64,000 nt of DNA, taken from Octopus sinensis (Eukaryota). Every line of letters starts with the position of its first letter. Position 1 is the first letter of the stretch. The stretch covers positions 73,532,001 through 73,596,000 of the forward strand of contig NC_043003.1 in NCBI RefSeq assembly GCF_006345805.1. The letters are read 5' to 3'. Positions 11,691 through 23,842 of the stretch are shown piece by piece. A program made the position numbers and the translations under genes. The notes below the pieces were generated by a model that was given only the letters and a program-made list of their open reading frames with translations, had not been told where the DNA came from and did no database searches.

Positions 11691-11967
11691 ACCATTCTTC
11701 CACATGGGAAGATTAGACACAAGAGCCACTCCTAATTCATTCTTTCTGGACCTTAAACAATACTAAGCCCTACCACACACATAAATTAACAGCCACAACC
11801 ACAAACACACACACACACGCGCGTTATCATTGCACACATACACACACACGCACACGCAGACCTGCGCGCACGTACATATCCACACTTACACACTCATACC
11901 TCTTCTTGCATTCTCCTGTCTTTGAAAGAACTTTTTCTTCACCTATTCCCTTCCGGTCATTCAAAAT

Positions 11968-12165
11968 GTGACCGCATGTGTACCGTTGGCAATTTTTTTC
12001 CTCCGTCTTCCCTTCTTTGGATCTTTCCTTTTCCTATGTTTTTGACGAAGAGCTCCATACGAAACGTTAAACCCTCCTTCTTTCCCTCTTACCTGAGCGT
12101 CCAATAATACTATACTTGTTCCACGTCCTCGCGTTGTTTTTCTCTTTGTGTTTTCATGTTTGGAT

Positions 12166-12169
<4 letters not shown>
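11968..12169 (+). mobile_element. PLE pLTR with minimal HHR (12038-12072, core TTGACGA)
   Basis: gtttt-TGACGA-a-gagc tcc atac-GAAAC GTT-aaac; same family at 12305-12493 (-) and 50368-50571 (+); ends in (TA)n. Confidence 0.75.
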
Positions 12170-12209
<40 letters not shown>

Positions 12210-12304
12210 GATACCTTTTTTTCGAAAAATTCTATCAATGGCCCCTACGTTAAAAAATACCTTTAAAGGTTAAATTTATAAATAATTTATAAACAAGGCC
12301 AAAA

Positions 12305-12493
12305 AGTTGATTCAAACATGAAAACACAAAGAGAAGACACCACAACGCAAGGACGTGGAACAAGTATAGAGTTATTCGATGCTCAGGAAAGGAAAGAAAG
12401 AAGGAGGATTTAACGTTTCGAAACATAGTAAAGGGAAAGACCCAAGGAAGTGAAGACGGAGGAAAAAATCGCCAACGATAAACATGTGGTCAC
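12305..12493 (-). mobile_element. Second pLTR copy, inverted relative to 11968-12169, HHR core deleted
   Basis: Reverse complement reads ...actatgtttc|gaaacgttaaatcctccttc..., lacking tgacgaagagctcc... Confidence 0.75.
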
Positions 12494-12700
12494 ACACACA
12501 CAGACACACACATATATATATATCGCACACATACACACGTGTCTGTGTGTAATAGGTGAAATGCCATCCCGTTCAATATAGAATATGATATACATAACTT
12601 TATAAACGAATCATTTATCTTCACTCTGAAGATGGAGGCCAAATATATCCAATGTTTATTTCCCTCCAATAATTGGTTGGATTTTCGGGTGATCAACATC

Positions 12701-12911
12701 TTTTCTATTCTAGGCACAAAGCCCGAAATATTTGGGGAGAGGGCCAGTCGATCAGTTCGACCCAAGTATGCAATTGATACTTAATTCATCGACCGCGAAA
12801 TGATCAATGGCAGAGTCGACCTCAGCGGAATTTGAACTCACAAAGTAAAGACATACTAGATACTGCTAAGTATTTCGCCCAGCGTGCAAAATTTTCTGCC
12901 AGCTTGCCGCC
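12701..12911 (-). mobile_element. tRNA-derived SINE family A, near full length
   Basis: Reverse complement has head ggcggcaagctggcagaa, B-box-like gagttcaaattcc, and body gtcgact...ggtcgat...ggccctctcccc. Confidence 0.8.
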
Positions 12912-13160
12912 TTTCGGTGATTAACATCTGCCAACATTATGAAGCGACACCAAGCCCCCTGAAACTGTTGTCGGATGTATAACACCATAACTTCTCCCTT
13001 TAATTTTCTATGATTTTGTACTCTGTTTAAATTTACTCTGTTAATATGAATATGTTTTATTTATCCTAGAATAGACATCGTCTCAAAAAATGTTCAGTTT
13101 TTGCTTTTTCTATCTTTACATGTATATGTATATATATAATATTATATATATATATTATAT

Positions 13161-13193
<33 letters not shown>

Positions 13194-13260
13194 GTAGGTC
13201 CCGGTTGATTCGGGTTAACCACAGTAAATAAGGTACTCAATACATAGCAGAGTAAAATTA

Positions 13261-13384
13261 ATTTATTATATAGAAGGAGCTTCTACAGGACTAGAACTGT
13301 TTCATTCAAGAGAAATCTTCAGGACTGAAGATTTCTTGAATGAAACAGTTCTAGTCCTGTAGAAGCTCCTTCTATATAATAAAT
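13261..13384. repeat. Near-perfect palindrome (62/60-bp arms, 2-nt loop) of a PLE-pLTR-like sequence
   Basis: atttattatatagaaggagcttctacaggactagaactgtttcattcaagagaaatcttcag-ga-ctgaagatttcttgaatgaaacagttctagtcctgtagaagctccttctatataataaat. Confidence 0.95.
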
Positions 13385-13444
13385 AAAATATATATATATA
13401 TATATTATATATATATATTATATATATATATATATATTATATAT

Positions 13445-13613
13445 TATCAACAATTGAGGGTAAAATTAATAATCAATTTCACCAAGTGTTCAGTATGTAA
13501 AAGGACCATTTAAGGCGAATTCAAAATATTACATTATATAATTAGTGCTTAGTAAACGTTTCAAGATTAGCCAAATAAAATTGATTAATTAATTTTACCC
13601 TCAATTGTTGATA
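13445..13613 (-). mobile_element. Truncated pLTR-like copy bounded by 26-35-bp inverted ends
   Basis: tatcaacaattgagggtaaaattaat / attaattttaccctcaattgttgata; its interior reverse complement matches 13857-13883 and 14060-14090. Confidence 0.7.
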
Positions 13614-13832
13614 TCATAATTCATTTCTCTCTGTCATACTGGCTTGGTTCTCGCGGTTAAAATATAATGTTTGCTAGATAGACCACGTGGGTGGAAAAGG
13701 TTTGCAGAAATTTACGCCTGCGCATTTTGAATTTGTTGGCACTAACAGTTGGAGCTGGTTCATTTGAAGCGACAAGTTCGCCAAGAGGTAAAGTTCCTTC
13801 TTTTTTGTGTTTCCAAATCCAAATTAAGAAAT

Positions 13833-13895
13833 TTTGAGCTGACGAAAGAAATGCTGATTTTATTTGGCTAATCTTGAAACGTTGACGTACTCAAA
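13833..13895 (+). ncRNA. Type-I hammerhead ribozyme motif with canonical core and foldable stem III
   Basis: tttgag-CTGACGA-aaga...tctt-GAAA-cg ttga cg-TA-ctcaaa; 6-bp stem I; predicted cleavage after GUA at 13889. Confidence 0.8.
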
Positions 13896-14171
13896 CGATC
13901 TATGTACTTGTGATATTTATCTGTATTTACCTCCAAACCTTCGTGAGCTGTCTGGAGTAAACATTATCTGAGAGAAATTTTGTTTAAGTAGTAGAAATGG
14001 CTAAAAAAATTTTTTTGGCTGCTATTTCTACTATGTCCAGTATGTGGCAAAGTAATTTATTTTACTAAGCCCTAATTATATAATGTAATTATATATATAT
14101 ATATACATATACATACAAACATACACACACACACACGCACACACACACACAAATACACACACATATATATA

Positions 14172-14262
14172 TAGCAAAAACTGTCCGATGAACGGCAACG
14201 GGAAGCTCAGAGTAACAGGTTTTGTTGAATTTTCTGCTGCTTTAAATAAAGTATATATATAT
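14172..14262 (+). mobile_element. pLTR fragment with mutated minimal HHR (14181-14218)
   Basis: ctgt-CCGATGA-acggcaacgg-GAAGC tcaga GTA-acag; homologous to 63328-63490 (-). Confidence 0.7.
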
Positions 14263-14869
14263 ATATATTATATATATACCTTGTATCTTATACAACCTCA
14301 AGTGGTTTTATTTGCTGTTAATTTGCATCACCGTCTCCATATCTACTCAACTTAATTCCTCTTATAGCAGCTCCTTATCTTGCGGACTTGGTCCGCAGTA
14401 AAATTTTCGAATTGTAAGTTCAAATCATTTGAGCGCGACTGTTTTTTATATAGTCAAACTCTGCATCTCATCTGTCTGTTCACTGTATGTATATACAGGG
14501 AGATACGAATTCCCTTGTCTATATAAATGTGGATATGCTAGTGGTCTTATATCTTTCGATGTCGCTTGATCGAATATATAAGAGGTAAGTTTTTCCTAGC
14601 ATTTCTAGATTTACGGGAAATATTATGTTGATAAGGAAATGAACTCAACGATTCTAATCTAGAAACGATCGTCCATAATTAATCCAGTAGACTGTGTGGT
14701 TTCGTTGTTTTCCTCTCTTCTTTTACCATATATCAGTTACAAATACCGTTACAAAGACTTATTTTTGTAGTAATAGTAATAGTAGCCCTTTGACTGCTAT
14801 TTCTAATATTTTCGGTATGTGGTTTAAGCAACTTGTTGCAAAACCCTTTATTATAATCATATATATATA

Positions 14870-14900
<31 letters not shown>

Positions 14901-15421
14901 ATAGAAAAGAATGAAAAAACAACAGGAGGCTTGTTTTATAAGGTTAAAGAATATGTTTAAGTCGTTATGTTAGAAAAGTGTTATAACAATTTTGTGTATA
15001 GAAATAACCGCTTTCGCGTAAACTTTTCAAATTTCTCAAATGTCTTTACCTACATCGTGTCATGGCTTCGTTATGAAGTGCAAAGAAGAGTTCCAGTCAG
15101 TGTGGGGGGGGGGGGGTGTAATCCTATTTTTTATACATCAAACCACGTGCTTTCACACACCAACTTTCTCACCTATATATATATATATATAAAATTAGAA
15201 AAAAACCCAGCTTTTATCAATTCAAAATGAAAAATTAAATTACACCATCTAGAACATTACATAAAATAGAAAAGTTAATATTAAAATAACAATAAAATGT
15301 AAAGATTAAGTAAATTGCAAAAATAATAATGAAAACGTATATAATAGGTATAAAAATCTATCTATCTATATATGTATATATAAATATATATGTATATATA
15401 CATGCATACATAATATATGCA

Positions 15422-15476
<55 letters not shown>

Positions 15477-15479
15477 CCA

Positions 15480-15929
15480 TAGCTCCTTCCCTGACCCTAC
15501 CTCCCAACCCGGGCGCTCGTTCCCCTGCTCCCGCCCACGTTGCCGCACTTGCCCTTACCTCTCCAACCCACCCGCCTCACTAGCACCCACCATCGACCCT
15601 ATCCCATCATCCACTCCTTCACCTGCACCTCCAGCAATATTCTTATTGCATCTCTTGCTCTCTCTGCAATTCCTTGTACATCGGACAAACGGGACGCCGC
15701 TTGGCTGACCGGTTCGCGGAACACCTTCGTGACATCCACCTTGCGAACGACACACCGGTCTCACGCCATTTCCGCTCCACCGGTCACTCTCCTGCAACAC
15801 CTATCTGTGTTCGGTTTGTCCTTACACAGAGGCCATCCGGATTCCCGTTTGCGCCGTGAACAGGAATTAATCTTCTCTCTTCGCTCTTATACGCCATTTG
15901 GTCTCAACTCTCCCCCCCTCCTCATCTAA
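15480..15929 (+). pseudogene. PLE GIY-YIG endonuclease with upstream Cys motif, frameshifted across three frames
   Basis: SFPCSRPRCRTCPYL; SFTCTSSNI; YIGQTGRRLADRFAEHLRDI...PVSRHF...H; SVFGLSLH...RLRREQELIFSL....PFGLN. Confidence 0.9.
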
Positions 15930-16269
15930 CCCCCCTCTCTCCCCCCTCCTCACCTATCCTTTCTCCCCCCCGACCCCTACTTCTTCAGTCCTTCATCCTT
16001 TCACCCCTACTCCCCTTCCCTTCTTCCCTCTTTCTCCCCCCTCTTCCCCTTCCCTCTGCTCCCTCACTCCCTCTCTCCCCCTCTCCCTCTTTCCTCCTTC
16101 ATCCCCCTCTCCCCTTCCTTCTCCCCCATCATCTCCTCTTCCCCTTCTCCTCCCCCTCTTCTTCCCCTCCCATTCTCCCCCTCTTCTCCCCCCTCTTCTC
16201 CCCCTCCCCCTCTTCTCCTCACTACACCACATGACTTTACACATCAACATCACATATGATGTGTCATAC

Positions 16270-16590
16270 TAATACACACACCAACTAATACATACTAATA
16301 CGTACTAATACTACTAGTACATACTAATACTTAACAACCCTATACATACACACGTCCAGACCCCGCATACGCACTTATACTCTCTCACACACACACACAC
16401 ATACCTATACATACCAATACGTACTAATACATACTAATACATACTAATACATACACCAACCCCATACATACGCACGTCCACCAATCTTACGCCACTAATA
16501 CTCTCTCATACACACACACACACACACACACCCTTATACATACTAATACATACACCAACCTATACATACACACATCCAGACCCCTCCCAC
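16270..16590. repeat. About three degenerate 120-140-bp subrepeats built from actaatacat units
   Basis: ...caaccctatacatacacacgtccagacccc... recurs three times. Confidence 0.7.
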
Positions 16591-16767
16591 GCACTTTTAG
16601 CTGGTCCCTCAACCCGTTTATCAACCCTATTATCTCCCCTTATTTCGCTCTCGCGTCTCATGTTTGATCTTTGACCTCTGGCCGAAATCAGATCGCCATG
16701 TTGATTCGTTAGCTACTGCACGCATTTTTTTTCTCTCCTTCTTTCTGTGTTTTTCTCTCTCTGTGTA

Positions 16768-16805
16768 TCTTTCTGTTGAAGAGCGTAGGCTCGAAACGTT
16801 AAAGA
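16768..16805 (+). ncRNA. Minimal type-I HHR motif with variant core CUGUUGA
   Basis: tcttt-CTGTTGA-a-gagc gtag gctc-GAAAC GTT-aaaga. Confidence 0.7.
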
Positions 16806-18562
16806 CTTGTTTTATTTATATTTCCTGAGCGCCATACTAATACAATTGTTCGTTTGTTTTCCACCTGCCTTCGTCTTTTGTTTATTTTCATAAAGCTTCC
16901 CGTTATATATATATATACATACACACATGTACAGGGTGCGCTAAATAAATTTTCGTCTCGATCACATTGGTAGTACAATACCAAATCATCACTTATAACT
17001 AGAAAATTAGTCTGTGCACCATTCGCTCTAGGCTAGAAGAATACCTACTCTGTGTGGATATATATGGATATATATATATATATATATTCTATTGTCATTC
17101 TTAGCGAGCCAACGTTGCTTACTATATGTCACAGAACATTGCGATTACTAACAAATAAATTATGGCAAATTTATACTTTCTTTGGGTATTCAGTCCTTTA
17201 AGTCATTTCCTCTTAAACACAAGGATGTATGTAAGTCTGTACGTAAGTAGCTTCGTTGTACATCTGTCTCTCTACCTAGTTTCGTATCTCGTAACATTAA
17301 CCTATATAGGTGTTTATACACACATATATTTATGAATATGTTTCTGTGTATACCCATCTTTTTTTTCTCCCTTTCTCTCTCTCTCTCTGCGAATCCCCAC
17401 ACATGCACATACACACACACATGTAAATATACACACTCACTCACAAACACACACACATACATAGGTGCACACTTATCCCGTAAACATTCATGTCTTTATA
17501 TTTAAAAAAAAGTTTCAATAACGATTTAATGTCATGTCGTTCTGGTATCCGTCACATTTATAGCTGCAGTCTGAGAAGAGAATTGTTAACATAATATAAA
17601 GCAATTATTCTTCGCAAAGAAGATGCGGTTCGTGGCTATGAATGAAAATTATTCATGCTGATATTAGGAAGTCATGACATCAAGCGAAACTTCGGTCTGT
17701 TTTCAAAAATAAAAGAACACAAATGAAAATCGTGATTCAAAGAAATCTTGAAACATATGAAACAGATTATACATAAATGTCTTTTAACTAAAATAACTAT
17801 TGGTCACGTATAATGATTTTCCTCATCTATTGATCATAAACTCTGATCGGTTACAGAGATAGAAAAATATTACGCAACACAAACTATATAAAATAATTAA
17901 TTCAAACTTAAGTGTCGTGAAGTTTTACGTGAAATAGTTTTGGGTTATAAAACACATGAGAGAATATTCAAACTTTACTCCTAACATTCTACAGTTCTAG
18001 CATTCAGGCCTTATTTCTACATTCGTTTGCCCACATTTACGTCCACACCTAAATATAAACATACAAGTACACACATATACATGCACATGTATATTTATCG
18101 ATAAGTAATTGTAATATCGAAGTTCGTACCTTAGTCCTATATTCTGATTGGTAAGATTATTTGAGAAGTTGATGTTAGCGAAAAAAACCTATTACCATTA
18201 TATAAACGCTGGTTAACGTATTAAAGACCTTATTAAGACCTTCTTGGATAACTTATGTAGAAATTTACCCTTGAGAAAGGAATGGTTGAGATAACAACTA
18301 TGTGTACACGCGACCTAAAAATGAATTGTCAATGCATGGTCCATACTCAATTATACTTGTTCTCAGGTAACAACTATCGTTCCAGATAATATATAATAAA
18401 ATATCGTATAATATAATATATATGCATATACATATATGTGTGTATGTATTATGTATGCATGTATGTATGTGCGCGCGCGCGTGGTAGTTTGTGATATATA
18501 CGCGTGTTTGCGATATATACGCGTGTTCTCATTCCCAAGGTATTTTTGGATGCTGTTGTTGT

Positions 18563-18567
18563 TGTTA

Positions 18568-18611
<44 letters not shown>
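18563..18611. repeat. (ATT)n microsatellite
   Basis: Direct reading. Confidence 0.95.
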
Positions 18612-18613
<2 letters not shown>

Positions 18614-18765
18614 GTTGGGAATGATATCCCATGTTCGAAATCTCTCCAAGACATCTGGTGTAGGCTGGAGAGTATATCAGCCGAAACATTGTGTTAACAA
18701 CAAACTAGATGCGAACAAATATCCGTCAAATGTAAATCATGTAAAAAATGTACCTCTATGCTGAT
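18612..18765 (+). mobile_element. pLTR-like fragment with degenerate HHR (18650-18695)
   Basis: gacat-CTGGTGT-a-ggctg...cagcc-GAAAC att-gtgtt. Confidence 0.5.
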
Positions 18766-19443
18766 ATGAGACAATGAGTTCAATAGGACAATGACATAAA
18801 AGTTATGTTCAATATTCACACACTTTTGAATAGGATACGAAAATGTCTGAATGTATTTGTGTGTGCGTGTGTATCTGTATCAATATATACAGATGCATTT
18901 GTTTGTGTATATGGACTTCTAAGTCTAAGCGGCTAGATTAATACTTAAAACTATATATTGCTAAGGAAAAGAAGAACCAATGCAAGTAAATATTTATTGA
19001 CCGAACTTATAAGAAATTTCTCGTTGTCACTGAAGTGTAAGACAATGATTTTCAATAATTTAGTTCTTTGATTTTCGTACATCAACAAGTATACCTCAAT
19101 AGATCCTTCCTTTTTGTCGTAGACATTCTTTCATGTAGATGGCTTCAATATGTCTTTTCGCTCCGAATACTTATATCTGCAGTATTCTGTATTTTACAAC
19201 TTGTGAAAATTCTTTCGTAGCAAACTTCAAAAAAAAAATGAATTACTTGTAGGTCTTATGTGAATTTATCAGATGCACTTGCAAAACTTTCTTCATGGTC
19301 TGGGGATATAATTTATGCCATATTTAACTGAAGGCTCTGCAAACTTTTCATTGGATAAAAATAAGCAAAATTATCATATACATATAAAGCCATACAGATA
19401 TAAACTCACAATTTTTTGTATGTCTATCTACCTCCTTCAGTAC

Positions 19444-19474
<31 letters not shown>

Positions 19475-21081
19475 AACGTGTGTGTGTGCTTATAAATATA
19501 GATATGTTTTTACGTACAATTATATAAAATCAGACAGATATTTGCTGCTTAATATATATTACAGTAGTTTTAAGACTACGACTTTCCACCGCAGATCGAC
19601 TTTCTCAAGCTAAATAAGTTGTTAGTCTTAGAAAATTTTTGTCATTCATAACTCTTGAATATTATAGTCAGTATAATGCAGATTTTGTTTATAAAGCAGG
19701 GTTCTTGAAGTAAAACAATATTGGATTGAGAAGTAGAAAAAGTCTCTAAATGAAATACGTGTGTGAAATAACAAGAGAAATAATTCGTATACCAAGTTGA
19801 GCTGAAATAATGGTAGTGAAAAAATATTGGACAAATATGAATTGGATGGCGTAAAAAGTAAGATATATGGAAATAAAACAAATAATAAGAAACAGAAAAT
19901 ATGAAAAGTGTGAATAAAAAATAGTAGATGAAGTGGAGATGTTGAGGTGTGAATTTGTGAATATAGACAGAATTGGAAAGATAGTTTTGGAATTAATTTT
20001 CCCCCTTCGTAATGAGGAGTGGATTTTCCTGAAATCGGTTACGTATGGTATTAACTAGAGATGTGATGGGATTTGGAAAGAGTATTCTAACCCTCTGATG
20101 TAACAAGTAATTGTAAAACGAACATTGTTAATGTTACTAATTGTTATTAATTGGACGCATTGATATATGAATTACGTTACGTTCTCAGATAATTCAAGTT
20201 CCGAACCACCTTTAAAATCCAAAAACAGATATTTCCAAAATTATACGTATCTCCTTCTTAAAAGAAAAGAGGGAACTGAGGAGGACTAACCATAACTGTA
20301 AACGTACCTTGAGCGGTTAGCTTTTTATGTGGAAACTTAAATTTAGTAAATTTCATCGACATAACACTCATAAATTAAGAAAATTACAATAAATAAATCA
20401 ATTACTTAGCCATACGAAAAGTATTATTTAAAAATAGCCCCCTAAAACTCTAGAATATTTCAGAAAGACTCTGAACTTTATAGTCTAATCAGCCTGTATT
20501 TAATGACATTTTGAAATTCGTAATGCTGGTCATATTGAATAAACGAGTACACTAAGCACATTAACATATGCAAAGAAAAATAAAAGCAGACAAAAGAAGA
20601 TTATGTCATTCACTCCACATTACAACCTGCAAGTTTTCACATTAACTGCTAACTATTCTTCGGTGTTTTATAGCACATATTCTCACTTAGCAAAATGTAT
20701 TCCAAGATAATTTTAGAAACATAGTATCACATATCTTATTTTACAAGATACAGCTGCCGAAAAAAGATAGTGATTTCTAACATCCACAAATATACCTGAA
20801 AGACCGAAACCAAATAGCTAATTCGTCCAACTTCATTTGCATTAGCTCTTCAAAGACTTCTTTCAATAAAAACATCTTTGGTATTAAACCCATATCTAGC
20901 GTAGCACTATATACACATATAATGACACATTTTCAACATCAAAATAGGTTTAATTGCTCATCCGGTACTACCAACTGATGTATATGATCCCTAATATAAA
21001 TAGGTAGAATAATACTTCATCGTATTACTACATATAAAACCTAAATATTAGCAATAATTTCTGACAATATATGTTTAAAAT

Positions 21082-21461
21082 TTTTGGGGAGGGGCAAGTC
21101 GAATACATCTACGCCAATGCTCAACAAGTGCTTATTTTATCGACTCAAAGATTCAAAGCCGACCTCGGTGGCATTTTACCTCAGAACATGAATTCGGAAG
21201 AATTGCCGCTAAGCATTTTTACCAGTGCGGGTATAACTCACTGCAAAATTGGTTTTAAACTTTGACGCAAGGCCAGTAATTTCATGGAAGTGAGTATATC
21301 GACTAAATGGACCCTCCAGTGCTCCGCTGGTATTTATTTTATGTACCACGAAAGAATCAAAAGGAAAGTTGACCTCGGTGGAATTTTCACTCAGAACATA
21401 AAGACGAACAAAATGCATAACGGCATATTGTCCTAGCTAACTATTCTGCCAGCTGGTCGCC
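21082..21461 (-). mobile_element. Two adjacent degenerate SINE family A copies (about 21082-21220 and 21268-21461)
   Basis: gacctcggtgg(c/a)atttt...ctcagaacat occurs twice; head ctgccagctggtcgcc at 21446-21461. Confidence 0.65.
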
Positions 21462-21949
21462 TAACTCTCTACAATATTGAACGATAAATATAGTTGGCCA
21501 CTGTAACAAGTAAATTAAATACGTTGTCAGTTATATAACGCTGTATTCTTCAAAGTCAATTTCTGTAAAATAAATTCATAACACTGCATTGAGTTTCGCT
21601 CAGTTGCAAATATTAAATGTCAAATATTTCAAAATAATTTTAAAAGTATATGTTCACTGAAGATGTGATAAATACTCTCATTGATGTTCTCATAAACGTT
21701 GCTAAAAATGTTATTTACCTTAACACAAATAATTTCTTAAGGCACCTGGACACCATATTATTTATCACGCATTTACCTTGAGTTCATTATTATGTCGGCA
21801 TCAAGATCAAGCTGAATTTGTCTCTTTTCAATTTTGAGAGTATTTGTTTTAATGAACATTATTAAGGTTCAATTAAATTAAATAAAAAGCAGGGAAACAT
21901 CTCTCCAAGGATGCCGCTTTGCAAGAACATATGAGTTTCAAAATATATG

Positions 21950-22102
21950 GATCTGTTCTTGCTGTGTGGTATGAAGTTCGATTCCCAACTATATGGTTCC
22001 GGGTTCAGTTCCACTGCGTGGAATCTTGACCGTCTTCTTTTATAGCCCCGACCGACTAAAACATTCTGCGTAGATTTAGTAGACGGAAAATAGAAGTCTG
22101 TA

Positions 22103-22104
<2 letters not shown>
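21950..22104 (+). mobile_element. tRNA-derived SINE family B, 5' half
   Basis: gctgtgtggtatgaag...atggttccgggttcagttccactgcgtgg...gtagacggaaa then (TA)n. Confidence 0.7.
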
Positions 22105-22155
<51 letters not shown>

Positions 22156-22184
22156 ATTGGGTATGTGTACGTAACGTTATTCGC

Positions 22185-22795
22185 CACATGAAGTGGCTGT
22201 TCCATGTTACTACTAGTTTAACTCCAGGCAGAGATTCCACCAGTTGGTTATCTGTGCGGCGCTGCACCCTTACATACAATACATATTGCTAGTAGGGGAA
22301 GCGAACCCCTACCATCCTCTATCAGACAACAGAATCGCGGGACTGACTCATACTCGAACTGGTTAGATCATCCTCAGTCGTCAGTACCTGGTCACCAGAG
22401 TGATATATTGTAATTAATGCGACCATCCGTCACTGATTTGCACCGTGTAAAATCTCAAGAAGAGATCAGTGTAATAACTATACTAACAAGTAAAGTTAAT
22501 TGCCTCATCGAAGTGGCTGTTCTATGTGACTACTAGTGTAACTGCAGGCAGATCTCCTGTCAGCTGGTTATCGCAGCGGACTCTGGCTATCACTCTGGCG
22601 ACCAGATATTCGCAACCGAAGATGAGACAATCAGCTTGAAACTGAGTCAGACTCGCGATCTTGTCTGCTAGAGGATGGCCGAGTTTCATTCCTTCTACTA
22701 GAAATATATATGTTGTATATACAGGATGCAGCGCCGCCCCGATATCCAGCTGGCGGAAGGTCTGCCTGGAGTTATAGTAGTAGTAACATGGCACT
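22185..22795. mobile_element. Composite A-B...A-B(rc)-A(rc) repeat with about 210-bp inverted arms and a degenerate HHR (22616-22650)
   Basis: gaagtggctgttc.atgt.actactagt at 22185 and 22510; 22590-22790 is the reverse complement of 22190-22407; CCGAAGA tga...tca..GAAAC tga GTC. Confidence 0.65.
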
Positions 22796-23842
22796 AGCTC
22801 TATACTTGTTAGTGTTGTTATTTATTAAGAAGTTGTTTAATGTATGCTGGTCAGTAGTAAGAAAAAGAACTGTGGTCAGGCCAACCTACTATATTATCAA
22901 GGAACTACTACACAGGCTTTATCTCTGCAAATGGACAAGGCAGTGGATAGTAATAAGGAAGTGATGGATGGGGAAGGGATGATAAAGAGAAAGAAGTACA
23001 AAAGCTGATCCAACCGTTATTAGTTATCGTATGAGAAGAGGAAGACTTTGAAAGATAATGGAATTAGGGTTATATGAGCAAGTCATAAACTAGAAGTGGA
23101 AATCAATGCTTGGGAATATAAGGGCCTGCTACAGTTTAGCATAGTTACAATATTATAGCAATAAGATAAATTAGAAATTAAATATAGGTAAAAAATTAAA
23201 TGTCTACTTAAAATTGTTAGAAAAAAATGCATTAATATATAAGAGTAAGAAGAACATTGAAATTTAAAGAAATGCAGAATATATAAATAGTAATAGAGTG
23301 AAAATGACAAAATTTAAAATTTATAAAAGAAATGCCATTGAAATATGAGTAAAAAGATATTTGAACATATACTTTAGAAACGGGAGAATAATGATAAGAC
23401 ATTAAAAATTAGGTATTAAATATAAGTTAAATAATTCAAAATTATTTAAAATGCATAAAGGAGTGTATTCAGAAACAAAAGTTTAGAATTTAAAAACTTA
23501 AGCTTGTAAAAGATTACAATGCATATAAAAATATAAAATATACACTACACTAGTAAATCCATTCTGCCAACTGAAATAATAGCAGGATCACTGTAAATGT
23601 TTTTGATCCATGGATTTTAAACTAGGTTAAATCATTCTGAATGTCCATTGTTTTGAAGTTCCTGAATTCATCTGACGAAAACGCTTTCTTTACAAATATG
23701 TAATGTTTCCATTAATCCATTAAAAGAATCGTTGGATACATCCGCTATGGATTGTCACCTGTACCTTTCTGTTACTCATTTTATTCACCTATCTCGGAAT
23801 CTGTCCTTCATAAACATTATGGATAGTATATTTAAAATAAAG

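Larger units (their letters stand above)
15474..16904 (+). mobile_element. 5'-truncated Penelope-like element (second family): Cys-linker and GIY-YIG, polypyrimidine tract, subrepeats, pLTR with HHR
   Basis: Begins at a (TA)n junction and ends aaagcttcccgt(TA)n; coding and HHR evidence in adjacent features. Confidence 0.85.

Noticed and set aside
16929-17021. tacagggtgcgc... possible Tc1/mariner MITE
   Set aside because: The right TIR is too incomplete to support the call.
19620-20100. Purine-rich strand resembling a decayed LINE
   Set aside because: No diagnostic motif recovered. The same applies to 22800-23540 and 41450-41850.
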